Virus record (IMG/VR): IMGVR_UViG_3300033802_000250 | Origin: a virus | Lineage: Duplodnaviria > Caudoviricetes | Strand: one strand, 5' to 3' | Length of the DNA: 64,000 nt | Part shown: piece after piece, positions 15,895-25,950 of the stretch | Position numbering within the stretch: position 1 is the first letter of the stretch | How the letters are laid out: each line of letters opens with the position of its first letter | The notes under the pieces: generated by a model | Seen by the model: the letters and a program-made list of their open reading frames with translations, nothing else | Told to the model about the DNA's origin: nothing | The model's database searches: none | Position numbers and translations under genes: made by a program

Positions 15895-17814
15895 ATGAAT
15901 ATTACTGCGCAACCCCACTATGATGCTCTCCGGCCCGAGGAGCGACAGCGCTGGAGCAAGGAGTGGCAGGAACTCTACGATAAAACGCAGGACTGGTGGA
16001 AGAAGAATACCCAACCGGGAGTAACGTTTACCGAAGAAGAACTGCACTACCTCACTCTGCTCCAGCAACCGAAATTTTGGGCCGCTGAGACCTTAAAGTG
16101 GATTGCCCGGGATTATCAAGAGCAGATCCTTCAAGAGATGGCGACCGCAAAGCGCGTTGTTCTGCGCCTTGGTCGCCGTCTTGGTAAAACGGAGACAATG
16201 TGTGTCATCATCCTTTGGCACGCATTTACCCAACCCAACAAAGGCCCAAACAACCAGTACGACATCCTGATCATCGCTCCTTACGAGGAGCAAGTGGATT
16301 TGATCTTCAAGCGGCTCAAGCAATTGATTGATGCATCCGGGCACAATATTTCACCGTCTCGCGACATTGAACACCACATCGAGCTTCCGAACGGCTCGGT
16401 CATCCACGGTCTGACGGCGGGCTCCAAATCCGGCACCGGCGCGGCGAATACGCGGGGTCAACGCGCGGATCTCATCATCCTCGACGAAGTGGATTACATG
16501 AGCGAAGCCGACATCACCAACATCATGAACATCCGAAACGAAGCACCGGAGCGTATCAAGATGATCGTCGCTTCGACGCCGAGCGGTCGCCGCGAGTCGT
16601 ATTACAAATGGTGTACGGAAGCTACGGTGTCGTACACCTACGACGAAGAAGCTACGCAAAGAGAAGGCCGTGTGATGTACAAGCGCAATGTCCGCCCATA
16701 CCGGATCAATGCCGACGGAACGTACAAGCTCAATCCGCAGGGCGACAAGATCCGGGAAGGCAACGGTTGGACGCACATTCACGCGCCGTCCACGGTAAAC
16801 CCGGAACTGCTGAAGATCAACCCGGATACTGGCCTGACGTACTTAGAAGAACTACGCCTCGACCTTACGGAAATACGCTATGTGCAAGAAGTTATGGCGG
16901 AGTTCGGCGAAAGTATATCGGGTGTTTTCCTCAAGAAACACATCGACTTCGCGGTACAAGAAGGTCGAGATCTCGGGATTACATACGTGACCCGAAACTT
17001 CGAGCGCCAAGGGCCGCGTATTCTCGGGGTAGACTGGGATAAACGCAAAGCCGATACCAATATGGTTGGCATGGAGTGGAACCGGAAACTCAACCGCTTC
17101 ATTCCGTTTTACCGGAAGGCTATTCCGAGAGGCGATTTCACTTACCAAAACGCTGTCGAAGCCATCAAGAAAGCAGACGAGGAGTTCAACTTCGACTACA
17201 TTATCTGCGACGCCGGTCACGGCGAGAACCAGATCGAGCAATTGCGCAAATGGTATGCGGAAAATCGCCATATGGGTAATCCGAAGAAAATCGTCCGCTT
17301 GAACCTGTCGGAGAAGATTACGATCTACGATCCGATCACCAGAAAAGCGGAGAAGCAACACATCAAGCCGTTCATGGTCAACAATGCCGTGTACATGTTC
17401 GAGCGCGGCATGGTTGCTCTGAATCCGCACGACAAGGAAACGATCACACAGTTCGAGAGCTATGAAGTCAAATCGTGGAGTGTGGACGGGCGGCCAACGT
17501 ACACGGACGAAAACGAACACATCCTCGACTGTATCGTGTTTTGCCTCTTTGGTTTCGTCAAATACTTCGATGATGTGTTGAAGGTAACGAAGGCGGCAAC
17601 CATCCACCTGCTGTCGAAACCGCTGGATCGTATGATGACACCGCACCCGAACCGGGAGATGCGGCAAGAAGATGTCGTTGAAAAGCGTAAGCAGGCGTTC
17701 ATCGCCGCCGCGCTTGGAATCCCGGTCAAGAAGCAACAGACAAAACGCCAAATGAGCCGGACTTCCTTTATGGGCCGCCGCTCGATGGGAATACCGTCAC
17801 GGAAGATGTTTTAA
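15895..17814 (+). CDS. terL: Terminase large subunit
   Basis: Q-motif (RDYQ), Walker A GRRLGKT, Walker B IILDEVD, ASTP coupling motif, nuclease GVDWD. Confidence 0.93.
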   Translation: MNITAQPHYDALRPEERQRWSKEWQELYDKTQDWWKKNTQPGVTFTEEELHYLTLLQQPKFWAAETLKWIARDYQEQILQEMATAKRVVLRLGRRLGKTETMCVIILWHAFTQPNKGPNNQYDILIIAPYEEQVDLIFKRLKQLIDASGHNISPSRDIEHHIELPNGSVIHGLTAGSKSGTGAANTRGQRADLIILDEVDYMSEADITNIMNIRNEAPERIKMIVASTPSGRRESYYKWCTEATVSYTYDEEATQREGRVMYKRNVRPYRINADGTYKLNPQGDKIREGNGWTHIHAPSTVNPELLKINPDTGLTYLEELRLDLTEIRYVQEVMAEFGESISGVFLKKHIDFAVQEGRDLGITYVTRNFERQGPRILGVDWDKRKADTNMVGMEWNRKLNRFIPFYRKAIPRGDFTYQNAVEAIKKADEEFNFDYIICDAGHGENQIEQLRKWYAENRHMGNPKKIVRLNLSEKITIYDPITRKAEKQHIKPFMVNNAVYMFERGMVALNPHDKETITQFESYEVKSWSVDGRPTYTDENEHILDCIVFCLFGFVKYFDDVLKVTKAATIHLLSKPLDRMMTPHPNREMRQEDVVEKRKQAFIAAALGIPVKKQQTKRQMSRTSFMGRRSMGIPSRKMF

Positions 17815-17826
17815 GGAGGGGTTATC

Positions 17827-18990
17827 GTGAAGCCTTGGGAACGAGAAGTGCTTGAATACCGCCCACGCATCGGGATGACCCCGACGATCCTGTCTGAAGT
17901 GATCGGCAAGCCATCGGAGGCGGTCTTCAAACCGTCCGTCATAGCTCAGCGCTCGGCGGAATTGCTTGCAACCGACATTGTGGACAATCTGTTCGCCACC
18001 CTGTCGCGGGCAAACGACATCCTCACGACGCTCGACAAATGTCTGAAGCATGATTCAACGTACAATACTTACCGTCAGGCTAAGGATACCGGCGACACTC
18101 TCGAAGCAGAACGCATCCATCTGGAGAATGTTGCCGACATCAATGGCAAACCGCAAATGGATGTATTGCCGCTGATTGAAGACCTGTATGATGAAATGCA
18201 GGTATTCGTCGATTTCATCAACGATGAATTGTTCGACGGCAAGGCCAATTTTGACGATACCGCCAAGCTTCGCGAGGAGGAAGAAAAAGCGGTCAATACG
18301 CTATTCATCTACGAAGCCAACGGGCAAGCCGTCAACTACGATAAGGTGACATCCCGCCTGAAGGTCATCGCGGCGCTGATGGATCGCGCAGGATACTACC
18401 AGTCCATTGTCGATCAGGCCGATGAGTACCTGAAGCTCAAGGCCAAAGACTATGTTGCGGACGATGTAGAGGGTCTGTTATACTATCTCTCCAACGTCAA
18501 GCCGGGACACCTCGATGCGCTGAAAGAGACGCTTGCGGTCAGCTTCCGGGAGAACGCATCGCACTCTGTCAACATGTTCACGCAGTTGAAACGTGCCGGA
18601 GAAGCTGATGTGAGAAAAGTTCTGGATACCAACCTGTCGGCGGTCAGAAAAAAGTTTCATGATGTATATGAGACTTTACGCCCATATATTGAAGATGATA
18701 CGATGAATAATGTAGGGGCGCACCACCTCAAACAAGCCATCAGCATAGGTGCCCAACGGATTTCGGATGCGTTTGATGGTGTTGTGGTCGAACATGTATC
18801 GAACTCCACGCTGAACACCAATCAGATGCAATCCCTATTTGCGTTTCTGAAGGAAAAGCGCAAAGCGCAATCCTTCTATCAACTGGTCAATCTGTTCCAA
18901 GATGAATTTGATCCTGTCGATCTCGACAGAGAGATTCAGCGATTCATCAAACAATACAGGTTGAAAACACCGGGTACATACTGCGGGTAG
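17827..18990 (+). CDS. Hypothetical helical protein, 387 aa
   Basis: RBS AAGGAGG, GTG start. Confidence 0.75.
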   Translation: MKPWEREVLEYRPRIGMTPTILSEVIGKPSEAVFKPSVIAQRSAELLATDIVDNLFATLSRANDILTTLDKCLKHDSTYNTYRQAKDTGDTLEAERIHLENVADINGKPQMDVLPLIEDLYDEMQVFVDFINDELFDGKANFDDTAKLREEEEKAVNTLFIYEANGQAVNYDKVTSRLKVIAALMDRAGYYQSIVDQADEYLKLKAKDYVADDVEGLLYYLSNVKPGHLDALKETLAVSFRENASHSVNMFTQLKRAGEADVRKVLDTNLSAVRKKFHDVYETLRPYIEDDTMNNVGAHHLKQAISIGAQRISDAFDGVVVEHVSNSTLNTNQMQSLFAFLKEKRKAQSFYQLVNLFQDEFDPVDLDREIQRFIKQYRLKTPGTYCG

Positions 18991-19066
18991 AACGTGTCAT
19001 AAATGACATGCTTCTATACAGGAGCTAACCGGCTCCTTACTTTCCCTGCACAAAGGGTGATGCAAT

Positions 19067-20557
19067 ATGGCGTTCAACAAAGCCCGTGGCTCTCAAATCC
19101 AAGCTGGTGCAATCACGAACGCTCACATCGCGGAAGGCGCGGCGATTGACGAATCCAAGCTGTCCATCGACTGGTCGGCCCGCACGCAACAGATCCTCGC
19201 ATCCCGCACGGTCATTGATTTCGTGCAGGTCAACGGCAAGGCTGTTCCGGGGAACTCGGGAAGCATCACGGTTACGTCGAACATCTCGGCACCGGTTGCC
19301 GACAGCGACGATGATCGCGGCGCGGTCGTACAGAGCGGCAAGAACCTTGTCATCATCCGGGATTCGGTGACTGGTGAACCGCTTCGCGGCGAAGCCAACA
19401 AAGAGGTTTACGGGAAGCTGACCCATGATGGCTCGGACTACATCCTGACGTTCTACACGAAGGACGGCAACGGCGACGAGGTGACGCATACCATTGCCGA
19501 TGCGACGACCATCGACTTCCAGTTCCCGCAACGTTTTGATCTCGCGACGGTGAGTGAAACCTTTGCGGCCAACGAGAAGTTCGTTGACGGCGCGGCAGAT
19601 GTATCCACCCGTCTCGACATCGAGCAAATCGCGAAGGATGTCTTCGGCGCTGGATACTCGCTTGACAAAGACGGCCAAGCGAATCGTGCGAAGTCGATTG
19701 CGGACGAACTCGTCGATGAAACGTCCGGTGTGGTCAACACGACCGTTCGCGCCAAAAACGTGATCGACGAAGTCGTAGCCGCTCGCGGCGGCCAAGTGTC
19801 GCTGGATGCTCGTCTCATCGCCATCGAAAGCGGCGTCTCTGACAACGCATCGGACATCTCGGATATCCAAAGCGAGATCGCGAGCGCTCGCGGAAGCTCC
19901 GCGTCGCTGGCGGATGAACTGGCGCGGATTGAAAATGCGGCGTCGAACTCCAACGACGAAGTCGTCGGGGCACGTACGTCTGCGATCACCGGCGCACACG
20001 CTTCGTTGGCAGATCGCATCGGGGCGGCAGAAACCCGCTACGAAGCGGTGAAGGATGAAGTCGAAGCGGCTCGCGGCGGATCGGAGGATCTGGCCGAAGA
20101 ACTGGCTCGCATCGAAGGCAAAGCAGACGATGCGCAATCCGATGCGAACGATGCGCTGGCTGAACTGCAAACGGCCCGCAATGGCAAGGAAAATCTGAAT
20201 GCCGAGCTTGAAGCGATTCGCCAATCGGTTGCAGATGAAGCATCGGCTCGCGAAGGTGCCGATACGGCGCTTGGCAACCGGGTGACGGCGCTTGAAGCAA
20301 AGGATCACGAACACTTCGCTGAAGACAAGCAAGTGCAATCCGGCGATCCGCTGATCGGAACGTCGAACTACACGCTTCAGTCCGGTACGTTCGTTGCGGG
20401 CAACAAGAGTCTGCAAGTGTACGTCAACGGCTTCCTGCAAATGGTCGGCGTACATTACACTGAAGTCACCGACGGCAACGGTAACGGTGTAGGCGTGAGC
20501 TTCGCGCCGGAACTGATCGTCGAAGGTGACGTTCTGCAATTCCGTTGGCATAAGTAA
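19067..20557 (+). CDS. Virion fibre/whisker-like protein with E-x-x-x-ARG coiled-coil repeats
   Basis: Five EVxxARG...SLxxxL repeats; C-terminal LQVYVNG...YTE beta domain. Confidence 0.7.
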   Translation: MAFNKARGSQIQAGAITNAHIAEGAAIDESKLSIDWSARTQQILASRTVIDFVQVNGKAVPGNSGSITVTSNISAPVADSDDDRGAVVQSGKNLVIIRDSVTGEPLRGEANKEVYGKLTHDGSDYILTFYTKDGNGDEVTHTIADATTIDFQFPQRFDLATVSETFAANEKFVDGAADVSTRLDIEQIAKDVFGAGYSLDKDGQANRAKSIADELVDETSGVVNTTVRAKNVIDEVVAARGGQVSLDARLIAIESGVSDNASDISDIQSEIASARGSSASLADELARIENAASNSNDEVVGARTSAITGAHASLADRIGAAETRYEAVKDEVEAARGGSEDLAEELARIEGKADDAQSDANDALAELQTARNGKENLNAELEAIRQSVADEASAREGADTALGNRVTALEAKDHEHFAEDKQVQSGDPLIGTSNYTLQSGTFVAGNKSLQVYVNGFLQMVGVHYTEVTDGNGNGVGVSFAPELIVEGDVLQFRWHK

Positions 20558-20566
20558 TGCCAATGC

Positions 20567-20604
20567 AAATAGGTCTGTCCGCAAGTGCGGATGGGCCTAT
20601 TTTT
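20567..20604 (+). terminator. Intrinsic terminator
   Basis: AAATAGGTCTGTCCGC...GCGGATGGGCCTATTT followed by T-run. Confidence 0.8.
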
Positions 20605-20710
20605 AGTTGCAAATCTTGTAAACGCCATTGTATAGTGTTTTGTAGAGGGGATTGTCAGCATTGACATTGTCGATTGTTGCATCCTACTATCGCAGAAAGG
20701 GGGAGCCCGA

Positions 20711-20920
20711 TTGAAGTACAATGAGCCTATTGATTTCAACGCACCAAGGGTGAAACCTGCGGAGCAGGATATCAAAATCAAATGTCGCTACTGTGATCTG
20801 AGAGATATCTGCAAACGTCGTGCGGTGAAAGAGCAATACGAAAACGCGGGCTGGATTACCCGTTGTCGTATCACGCCGAACCGCCCCGGCAAGAAACGCA
20901 AGGCAAAAAAGAGGAAGTGA
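20711..20920 (+). CDS. Small Cys-containing basic protein with its own sigma-A-like promoter
   Basis: CRYC...C; TTG start with RBS GAAAGGGGGAG; TTGACA(20661)-18-TACTAT(20685). Confidence 0.65.
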   Translation: MKYNEPIDFNAPRVKPAEQDIKIKCRYCDLRDICKRRAVKEQYENAGWITRCRITPNRPGKKRKAKKRK

Positions 20921-21037
20921 CGACAACGCTGTCGGCGCTTCCGCCGATCTGCGAAACTATTGTAATGCCCTAGTACATATTGTAATATTTCTTTAGGGGC
21001 TACATTGTAGGCTTTGTCGTCAACCGAGGGTGGTGAT

Positions 21038-21988
21038 ATGATGTACGACGACTTCAACATCAAAGAGTGGTTGATCCCGGTCAACGAGTGGACAAGGCCC
21101 GGTAGGAAGATTACTCCGAAAGGGCTCGTCATTCACTGGACGGGAAACATCAATCGCGGCGCGAATGCGAAAGCAAACGCAAACTTCTTCCACAATCGGA
21201 CTGGCTCCTACGGTTCGGCTCATTACACTCTCGATTGTGACATCATCTATCGTGTCATTCCCGAGAATGAAATGGCCTACCACGTTGGCGCGAAGAAGTA
21301 TTATACGACGAAGTTTGGGTCGTATCCAAACAATGCACTTATCGGTTTGGAGATTTGCGTCAACATGGATACGAATTGGGAGAAGACGTACGACAACGCG
21401 GTTCGGTTCGCGGCGGCGATTTGTCGGAAGTATGGATGGAAGGATCCGTGGGCGGTGCTGGTGCGGCACTACGACGTGACGCGCAAAGATTGTCCGCTGA
21501 TGTGGACGCCGTTCATCAACGACAAAGCGCATGTACGTAACTCCGTTATGTCGATGCTCAAGAGGGGCAAGAACGAAACGGCAGAGCAATACGAAGCACG
21601 CATCCAAGAAGGCATCCAATGGGTGTACAGCATGAAGGCGAACGGCAAGCTCGGCGACGAAGGCTGGAAGCAATTCGTGCAAGATGTGTGCGACGCCATG
21701 AACGGAGTCTACAAGAAACCCGCTCCTGCACCCATTGAAGAAAGGGTGGTGTACCACATGAGCAAATACTTTGCCGATTTGGGCGGCCATTGGGCAGAGA
21801 AGATTCTCGACGACATGCACGAGAAGAAACTCCCGTCCGGCGGCAGGCTGTTTGAGGGTTCCATCGACAAAAACGGCAAGCTGGTCGCCCGCCCGAACGA
21901 CTTCGCAACTCGCGCTGAATTGGCCGTGATGGTTTCGCGCGGCATCGAGTACGCGATTGCCGAGGTTAAGAAAGAATTGGGCAGGTAA
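21038..21988 (+). CDS. Endolysin: N-acetylmuramoyl-L-alanine amidase (Amidase_2) with C-terminal SLH domain
   Basis: VIHWTG, SAHY, AYHVG, IGLEIC, RHYDVTRKDCP; FADLGGHWA...RPNDFATRAEL. Confidence 0.9.
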   Translation: MMYDDFNIKEWLIPVNEWTRPGRKITPKGLVIHWTGNINRGANAKANANFFHNRTGSYGSAHYTLDCDIIYRVIPENEMAYHVGAKKYYTTKFGSYPNNALIGLEICVNMDTNWEKTYDNAVRFAAAICRKYGWKDPWAVLVRHYDVTRKDCPLMWTPFINDKAHVRNSVMSMLKRGKNETAEQYEARIQEGIQWVYSMKANGKLGDEGWKQFVQDVCDAMNGVYKKPAPAPIEERVVYHMSKYFADLGGHWAEKILDDMHEKKLPSGGRLFEGSIDKNGKLVARPNDFATRAELAVMVSRGIEYAIAEVKKELGR

Positions 21989-22004
21989 GGTGGTGATACA
22001 AAAC

Positions 22005-22304
22005 ATGCCTGTATTCGCTGATCTTCAAAACCTCCTGCTGATGATGCTGTTCCTCGCGTTTCTGACGGAGACGGTCGTCGAAATGATCAAACGATACCTC
22101 GTGCGGACGAAACCGTATGAAGAAATCGTCGAACTGATTTCGCTGGTCGTCGCGGTCTTTTTCGCGCTGGTATTCCGGGTCAGCCTGTTTGCGCCGGAAA
22201 ACAACCCGGTCATCTTTTGGGTGGGAGTGGTCATCTGCGGCCTCGTAGTCTCCCGTGGCGGGAACTATGTTCACAACTGGCTCGATAAACTGCCCAAGAA
22301 GTAA
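22005..22304 (+). CDS. Holin (three hydrophobic segments)
   Basis: Follows endolysin; about 99 aa; C-terminal GLVVSRGGNYVHNWL. Confidence 0.8.
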   Translation: MPVFADLQNLLLMMLFLAFLTETVVEMIKRYLVRTKPYEEIVELISLVVAVFFALVFRVSLFAPENNPVIFWVGVVICGLVVSRGGNYVHNWLDKLPKK

Positions 22305-22444
22305 TCTTGTTGACGTGAAGCCGAGGACGGACATCAAACCTCTGAGGTGAGGGTGGTGGTGTCGTGAAGGTGAGGTAGTGGGAGCGGGGGCCAACTCCGG
22401 CCCCTAATCAGTAGGCTTTGCGGATACATATTGGAGGTCGTCAA

Positions 22445-24424
22445 ATGGCTAGAGGAATCTGGACGCGCGGCAGATGGAGCCAACTCATGAAGATCTGGTT
22501 TGGTTCAGACGGTGAGGATGAGCAAACATCTGTCGTCGTAGATGAATCGGCGATCAAACTTGACGAGGCTCCAAGCGCTTCTTCATCCCCGAGTGGTGGC
22601 GGGAAACCGAAACGGGATCCCAAGATGTCCATCGTCAAGAAGATTGGGTTGGCCCTTTTGGGCGGCGGTGGTAGCGGCAGTCGGGATTTCGAGCCGCCGG
22701 AGTTCAATTTTGAGGACATCACCAACGCCTACAACACGGAATCGTATGTACGCCAAGCGATTGACAAATACATCGAAATGATGTTCAAGGCTGGATGGGG
22801 ATTCGTCGGCAAGAACCCCAACGCTGTCGAATACGTGCGGATGCGGTTCAAGCTGATGGCGGAAGCCACTCAAATCCCAACCAACCAGTTGTTCGTTGAA
22901 ATCGCTGAGGATATCGTCAAATACTCCAACGTCGTCATCGCGAAGAAACGCGAGGATGATCCGGCGATTTTCGCCGGTTTGCCGGTTGTTGGCGTTGGAG
23001 AGTTGGCACCGATTGCCGGTTATTTTCCGCTGAATATTACGACCATGTCCGTCCAGCGTGACCGGTTCGGCACTATCAAGCGGTGGCAACAGGAGGTAGA
23101 CGGTCAGGACAAACCCGTCACCTACAAACCGGACGATATTGTACATATCTACTACAAACGTGAAAAGGGTCGCGCCTTCGGCACGCCGTTCTTGCTTCCG
23201 GCACTTGACGACATCCGGGCTCTCAGGCAGATGGAAGAAAGTGTTCTTCGTCTTGTCTATCGCAACCTACATCCGCTATGGCATATCAAAGTTGGTATCG
23301 CCGAGCCGGAGCTTGGCGCAGAGGACGCGGAAGTCGATGCGGTGCGCAACGAAGTCGAGAATATGGACGTGGAAGGTGGTCTTGTTACCAACGAGCGAGT
23401 TGAGGTCAAATCCATCGCTTCAAACCAAATCATTGATGCAAAGGATTACCTCAAGTATTTCGAGCAACGTGTATTCACGGCTCTTGGCGTTTCCGAACTG
23501 ATGATGGGGCGCGGCAATACCGCAAACCGCAGTACGGGCGACAATTTGTCAGGCGAGTTCATCGACCGTGTGAAGGCGTTTCAACGTATCCTTGAAACCT
23601 TCATTGACGATTTCATGATCCGTGAGATTTTGATGGAAGGCGGATATGATCCGGTATTGAACCCGGACGACATGGTCAACTTCACCTTCTACGAAATCGA
23701 CATGGATTCGCAGATCAAGAAGGAAAATCAAGCGGTGTTCCTGTACGAGCATAACGCCATCACGGAAGACGAAATGCGTCAACTGATCGGACGTGATCCG
23801 ATTGAAGACGGTGAACAACGAAGCCGGATGCACCTGCAACTTGTCACGATTGCGACGCTTGAAGCAGAGGCCGCGCTCGGAGGAGCGGCGGGCGGCTCGG
23901 CGAGCACCGATCAAGACAAGAAGAAAGCGGCGACGGACAATAAGACCAAGCCCGCCAACCAACATGGGGTTAAATCATCTCCGAAGAAAACGACGAACTC
24001 AATTGAAGTGCGTTATCTGAAAGAGATGTTTAACGAATATTCAATGCTGAGTGATGCTGTCAAAACCTTGGTGATTCGTTACCACAAGGAGGGCGGCACA
24101 GCCCACCTTCGGACAATTGCTGGTGCGGTCGCCCATACGGAAGGACGGTTCTTGGAGATCACCGAACAGATGCTTGGCGAGAACATCGCGCAGGCGTTCC
24201 GGGTTCCGTACAAACGGATGCTGATGGATATCCGTCAGAAAATCGCGGACGCCATTGACATGTATGGTGTAGAGGCGGCATCGCATTCTACGGAAATCGC
24301 AGAGACGGTGTTCGATATCTTCAAGGATCGGCTCGGGGCCATCGCAACAAAGGCATTGGACACATACGCCAAGGAGAAGGAGGTGGAAGGCAATGAAGAA
24401 GCGTCTGGAGCAACGAATCGTTAA
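22445..24424 (+). CDS. Portal protein
   Basis: Precedes protease and MCP; DIVHIYY...FGTPFLLPALDDI, ALGVSELMMG, ITEDEMRQLIG portal-like blocks. Confidence 0.85.
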   Translation: MARGIWTRGRWSQLMKIWFGSDGEDEQTSVVVDESAIKLDEAPSASSSPSGGGKPKRDPKMSIVKKIGLALLGGGGSGSRDFEPPEFNFEDITNAYNTESYVRQAIDKYIEMMFKAGWGFVGKNPNAVEYVRMRFKLMAEATQIPTNQLFVEIAEDIVKYSNVVIAKKREDDPAIFAGLPVVGVGELAPIAGYFPLNITTMSVQRDRFGTIKRWQQEVDGQDKPVTYKPDDIVHIYYKREKGRAFGTPFLLPALDDIRALRQMEESVLRLVYRNLHPLWHIKVGIAEPELGAEDAEVDAVRNEVENMDVEGGLVTNERVEVKSIASNQIIDAKDYLKYFEQRVFTALGVSELMMGRGNTANRSTGDNLSGEFIDRVKAFQRILETFIDDFMIREILMEGGYDPVLNPDDMVNFTFYEIDMDSQIKKENQAVFLYEHNAITEDEMRQLIGRDPIEDGEQRSRMHLQLVTIATLEAEAALGGAAGGSASTDQDKKKAATDNKTKPANQHGVKSSPKKTTNSIEVRYLKEMFNEYSMLSDAVKTLVIRYHKEGGTAHLRTIAGAVAHTEGRFLEITEQMLGENIAQAFRVPYKRMLMDIRQKIADAIDMYGVEAASHSTEIAETVFDIFKDRLGAIATKALDTYAKEKEVEGNEEASGATNR

Positions 24425-25931
24425 AGGCGAGCCGATCAAACTCATTCAACGCTTGGAGATGCGCTTTGCTGAGGGCGAACTTCGTGAAAGCCTAAAGCAG
24501 AAAAATGAGGGCATCAAGTTGAAGGAAAGCGCGGGCGGCAACGGTAAGCGCAAGCTGATCGTAACCGTCGAAGGCATCCATACCGGAATGACGAAGAACT
24601 TGACGTTCTATCCCGGGGAGACGCTGGAAGCGAGCGTACCAACATGGACGAGCCCTCACAAAAAGCCCATCTTGAAGAACCATAACGAGTATTCCGAACC
24701 TTTGGGTCGTATCATACATGCGGAATACGTGGAATCCACGCTGACGGCGGGCAAATTCACCGTCCGCATGAAGCTGGAGATCACCGATCAGGAAGCCATC
24801 GACAAGGTACTCGATGGACGATATCTCACCCTATCTGTCGGCGGTTCGGCGAATAAGGTGGTATGCAGTACGTGCGGCAAGAACCTCGTATCCGAAGGCT
24901 TCTGCGGTCACTGGAGAGGCAAAAAGTACGAGGGCAAATCCGAGCCGACCCACTGGATTATCGGGGAGTACACGGGTGACGAAATCTCGTTCGTCAATAT
25001 GCCTGCCGATGTGTACTCTCAAGTAATCGCGGCAGAACTGGTGACAGGGGAAGGAGGCGATGGTGTGAAAAAAGCCAAGAACAAGAAGCAGGACAAACCC
25101 GGCGAAACGTCGGAGAAGCAAGGCAAAAAACTCGGCGAAATGTCGGACATCGACTTGGTCGGTCAACTGACCGAGGACGATCATGAAGACGATGAGCAAG
25201 AGGACTTCGAGGACGACATCGAAGAAAGCGCCGACGATGATGACTCCGACGACGAAGAAGACGCTGGCGGCGATGACGGCGGCGATGAAGACAACGCTGA
25301 CGACGCCGGTGACAACAGCGCCGACGGAGGCGAAGGTGGCGAGGACGGAGATGATTCCGGCGACGATGAATCGCTCGAAGAAAAAGTCAAACGCCTTGAA
25401 GCTCTGATCGCTGAGAAGGATGAGACAATCGGCTCTCTGACGGCTCGTGCCGAGCAGGCGGAAGCGCAAAACGCAACGCTGACGGCACAGTTGTCTGAAG
25501 CAAATACAACGATCCAAGACCTGCAAGGCCAATTGCAGGAGGCTCAACAAAACCTTGCTTCCGCAGAGGAAGAACGGAATACCTTCCAAGAGCAAAACCT
25601 CAGACTCGCTCGATTCAGCAAGAAGCTGTTGGCTGAGCGGGTGGTAGACCTTCGGATCATGCAGGGCAAGGACAAAGCGGAAGACCGTGAGTCTCTGCTG
25701 GAAAGCTGGATGCAATCGACCCCCAAGGTGCTTGAATCGACCATCCAAGACCTGCTGAAAAGCGGTCAACGTCAAGTCAAGCGAGTAACCTCCCCGGGCC
25801 TCGCCGTAGGCGAAGACGTGGAAGGTGGCGACGGTGACATCACCGAATCCACGGCTAAAAAGCCGAACAAAGCTCCGACTATGGCTGACCTCGAAGAAAC
25901 GATGGTCAGAACCATGAGTCAGCGGGTGTAA
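24393..25931 (+). CDS. Prohead protease fused to acidic linker and coiled-coil scaffold
   Basis: KPILKNHN, LSVG, EISFVNMPAD (HK97/herpes-type protease motifs) with CxxC insert; D/E-rich tract; coiled coil. Confidence 0.85.
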   Translation: MKKRLEQRIVKGEPIKLIQRLEMRFAEGELRESLKQKNEGIKLKESAGGNGKRKLIVTVEGIHTGMTKNLTFYPGETLEASVPTWTSPHKKPILKNHNEYSEPLGRIIHAEYVESTLTAGKFTVRMKLEITDQEAIDKVLDGRYLTLSVGGSANKVVCSTCGKNLVSEGFCGHWRGKKYEGKSEPTHWIIGEYTGDEISFVNMPADVYSQVIAAELVTGEGGDGVKKAKNKKQDKPGETSEKQGKKLGEMSDIDLVGQLTEDDHEDDEQEDFEDDIEESADDDDSDDEEDAGGDDGGDEDNADDAGDNSADGGEGGEDGDDSGDDESLEEKVKRLEALIAEKDETIGSLTARAEQAEAQNATLTAQLSEANTTIQDLQGQLQEAQQNLASAEEERNTFQEQNLRLARFSKKLLAERVVDLRIMQGKDKAEDRESLLESWMQSTPKVLESTIQDLLKSGQRQVKRVTSPGLAVGEDVEGGDGDITESTAKKPNKAPTMADLEETMVRTMSQRV

Positions 25932-25950
25932 TCAAAGGAGGAATAGCAAG

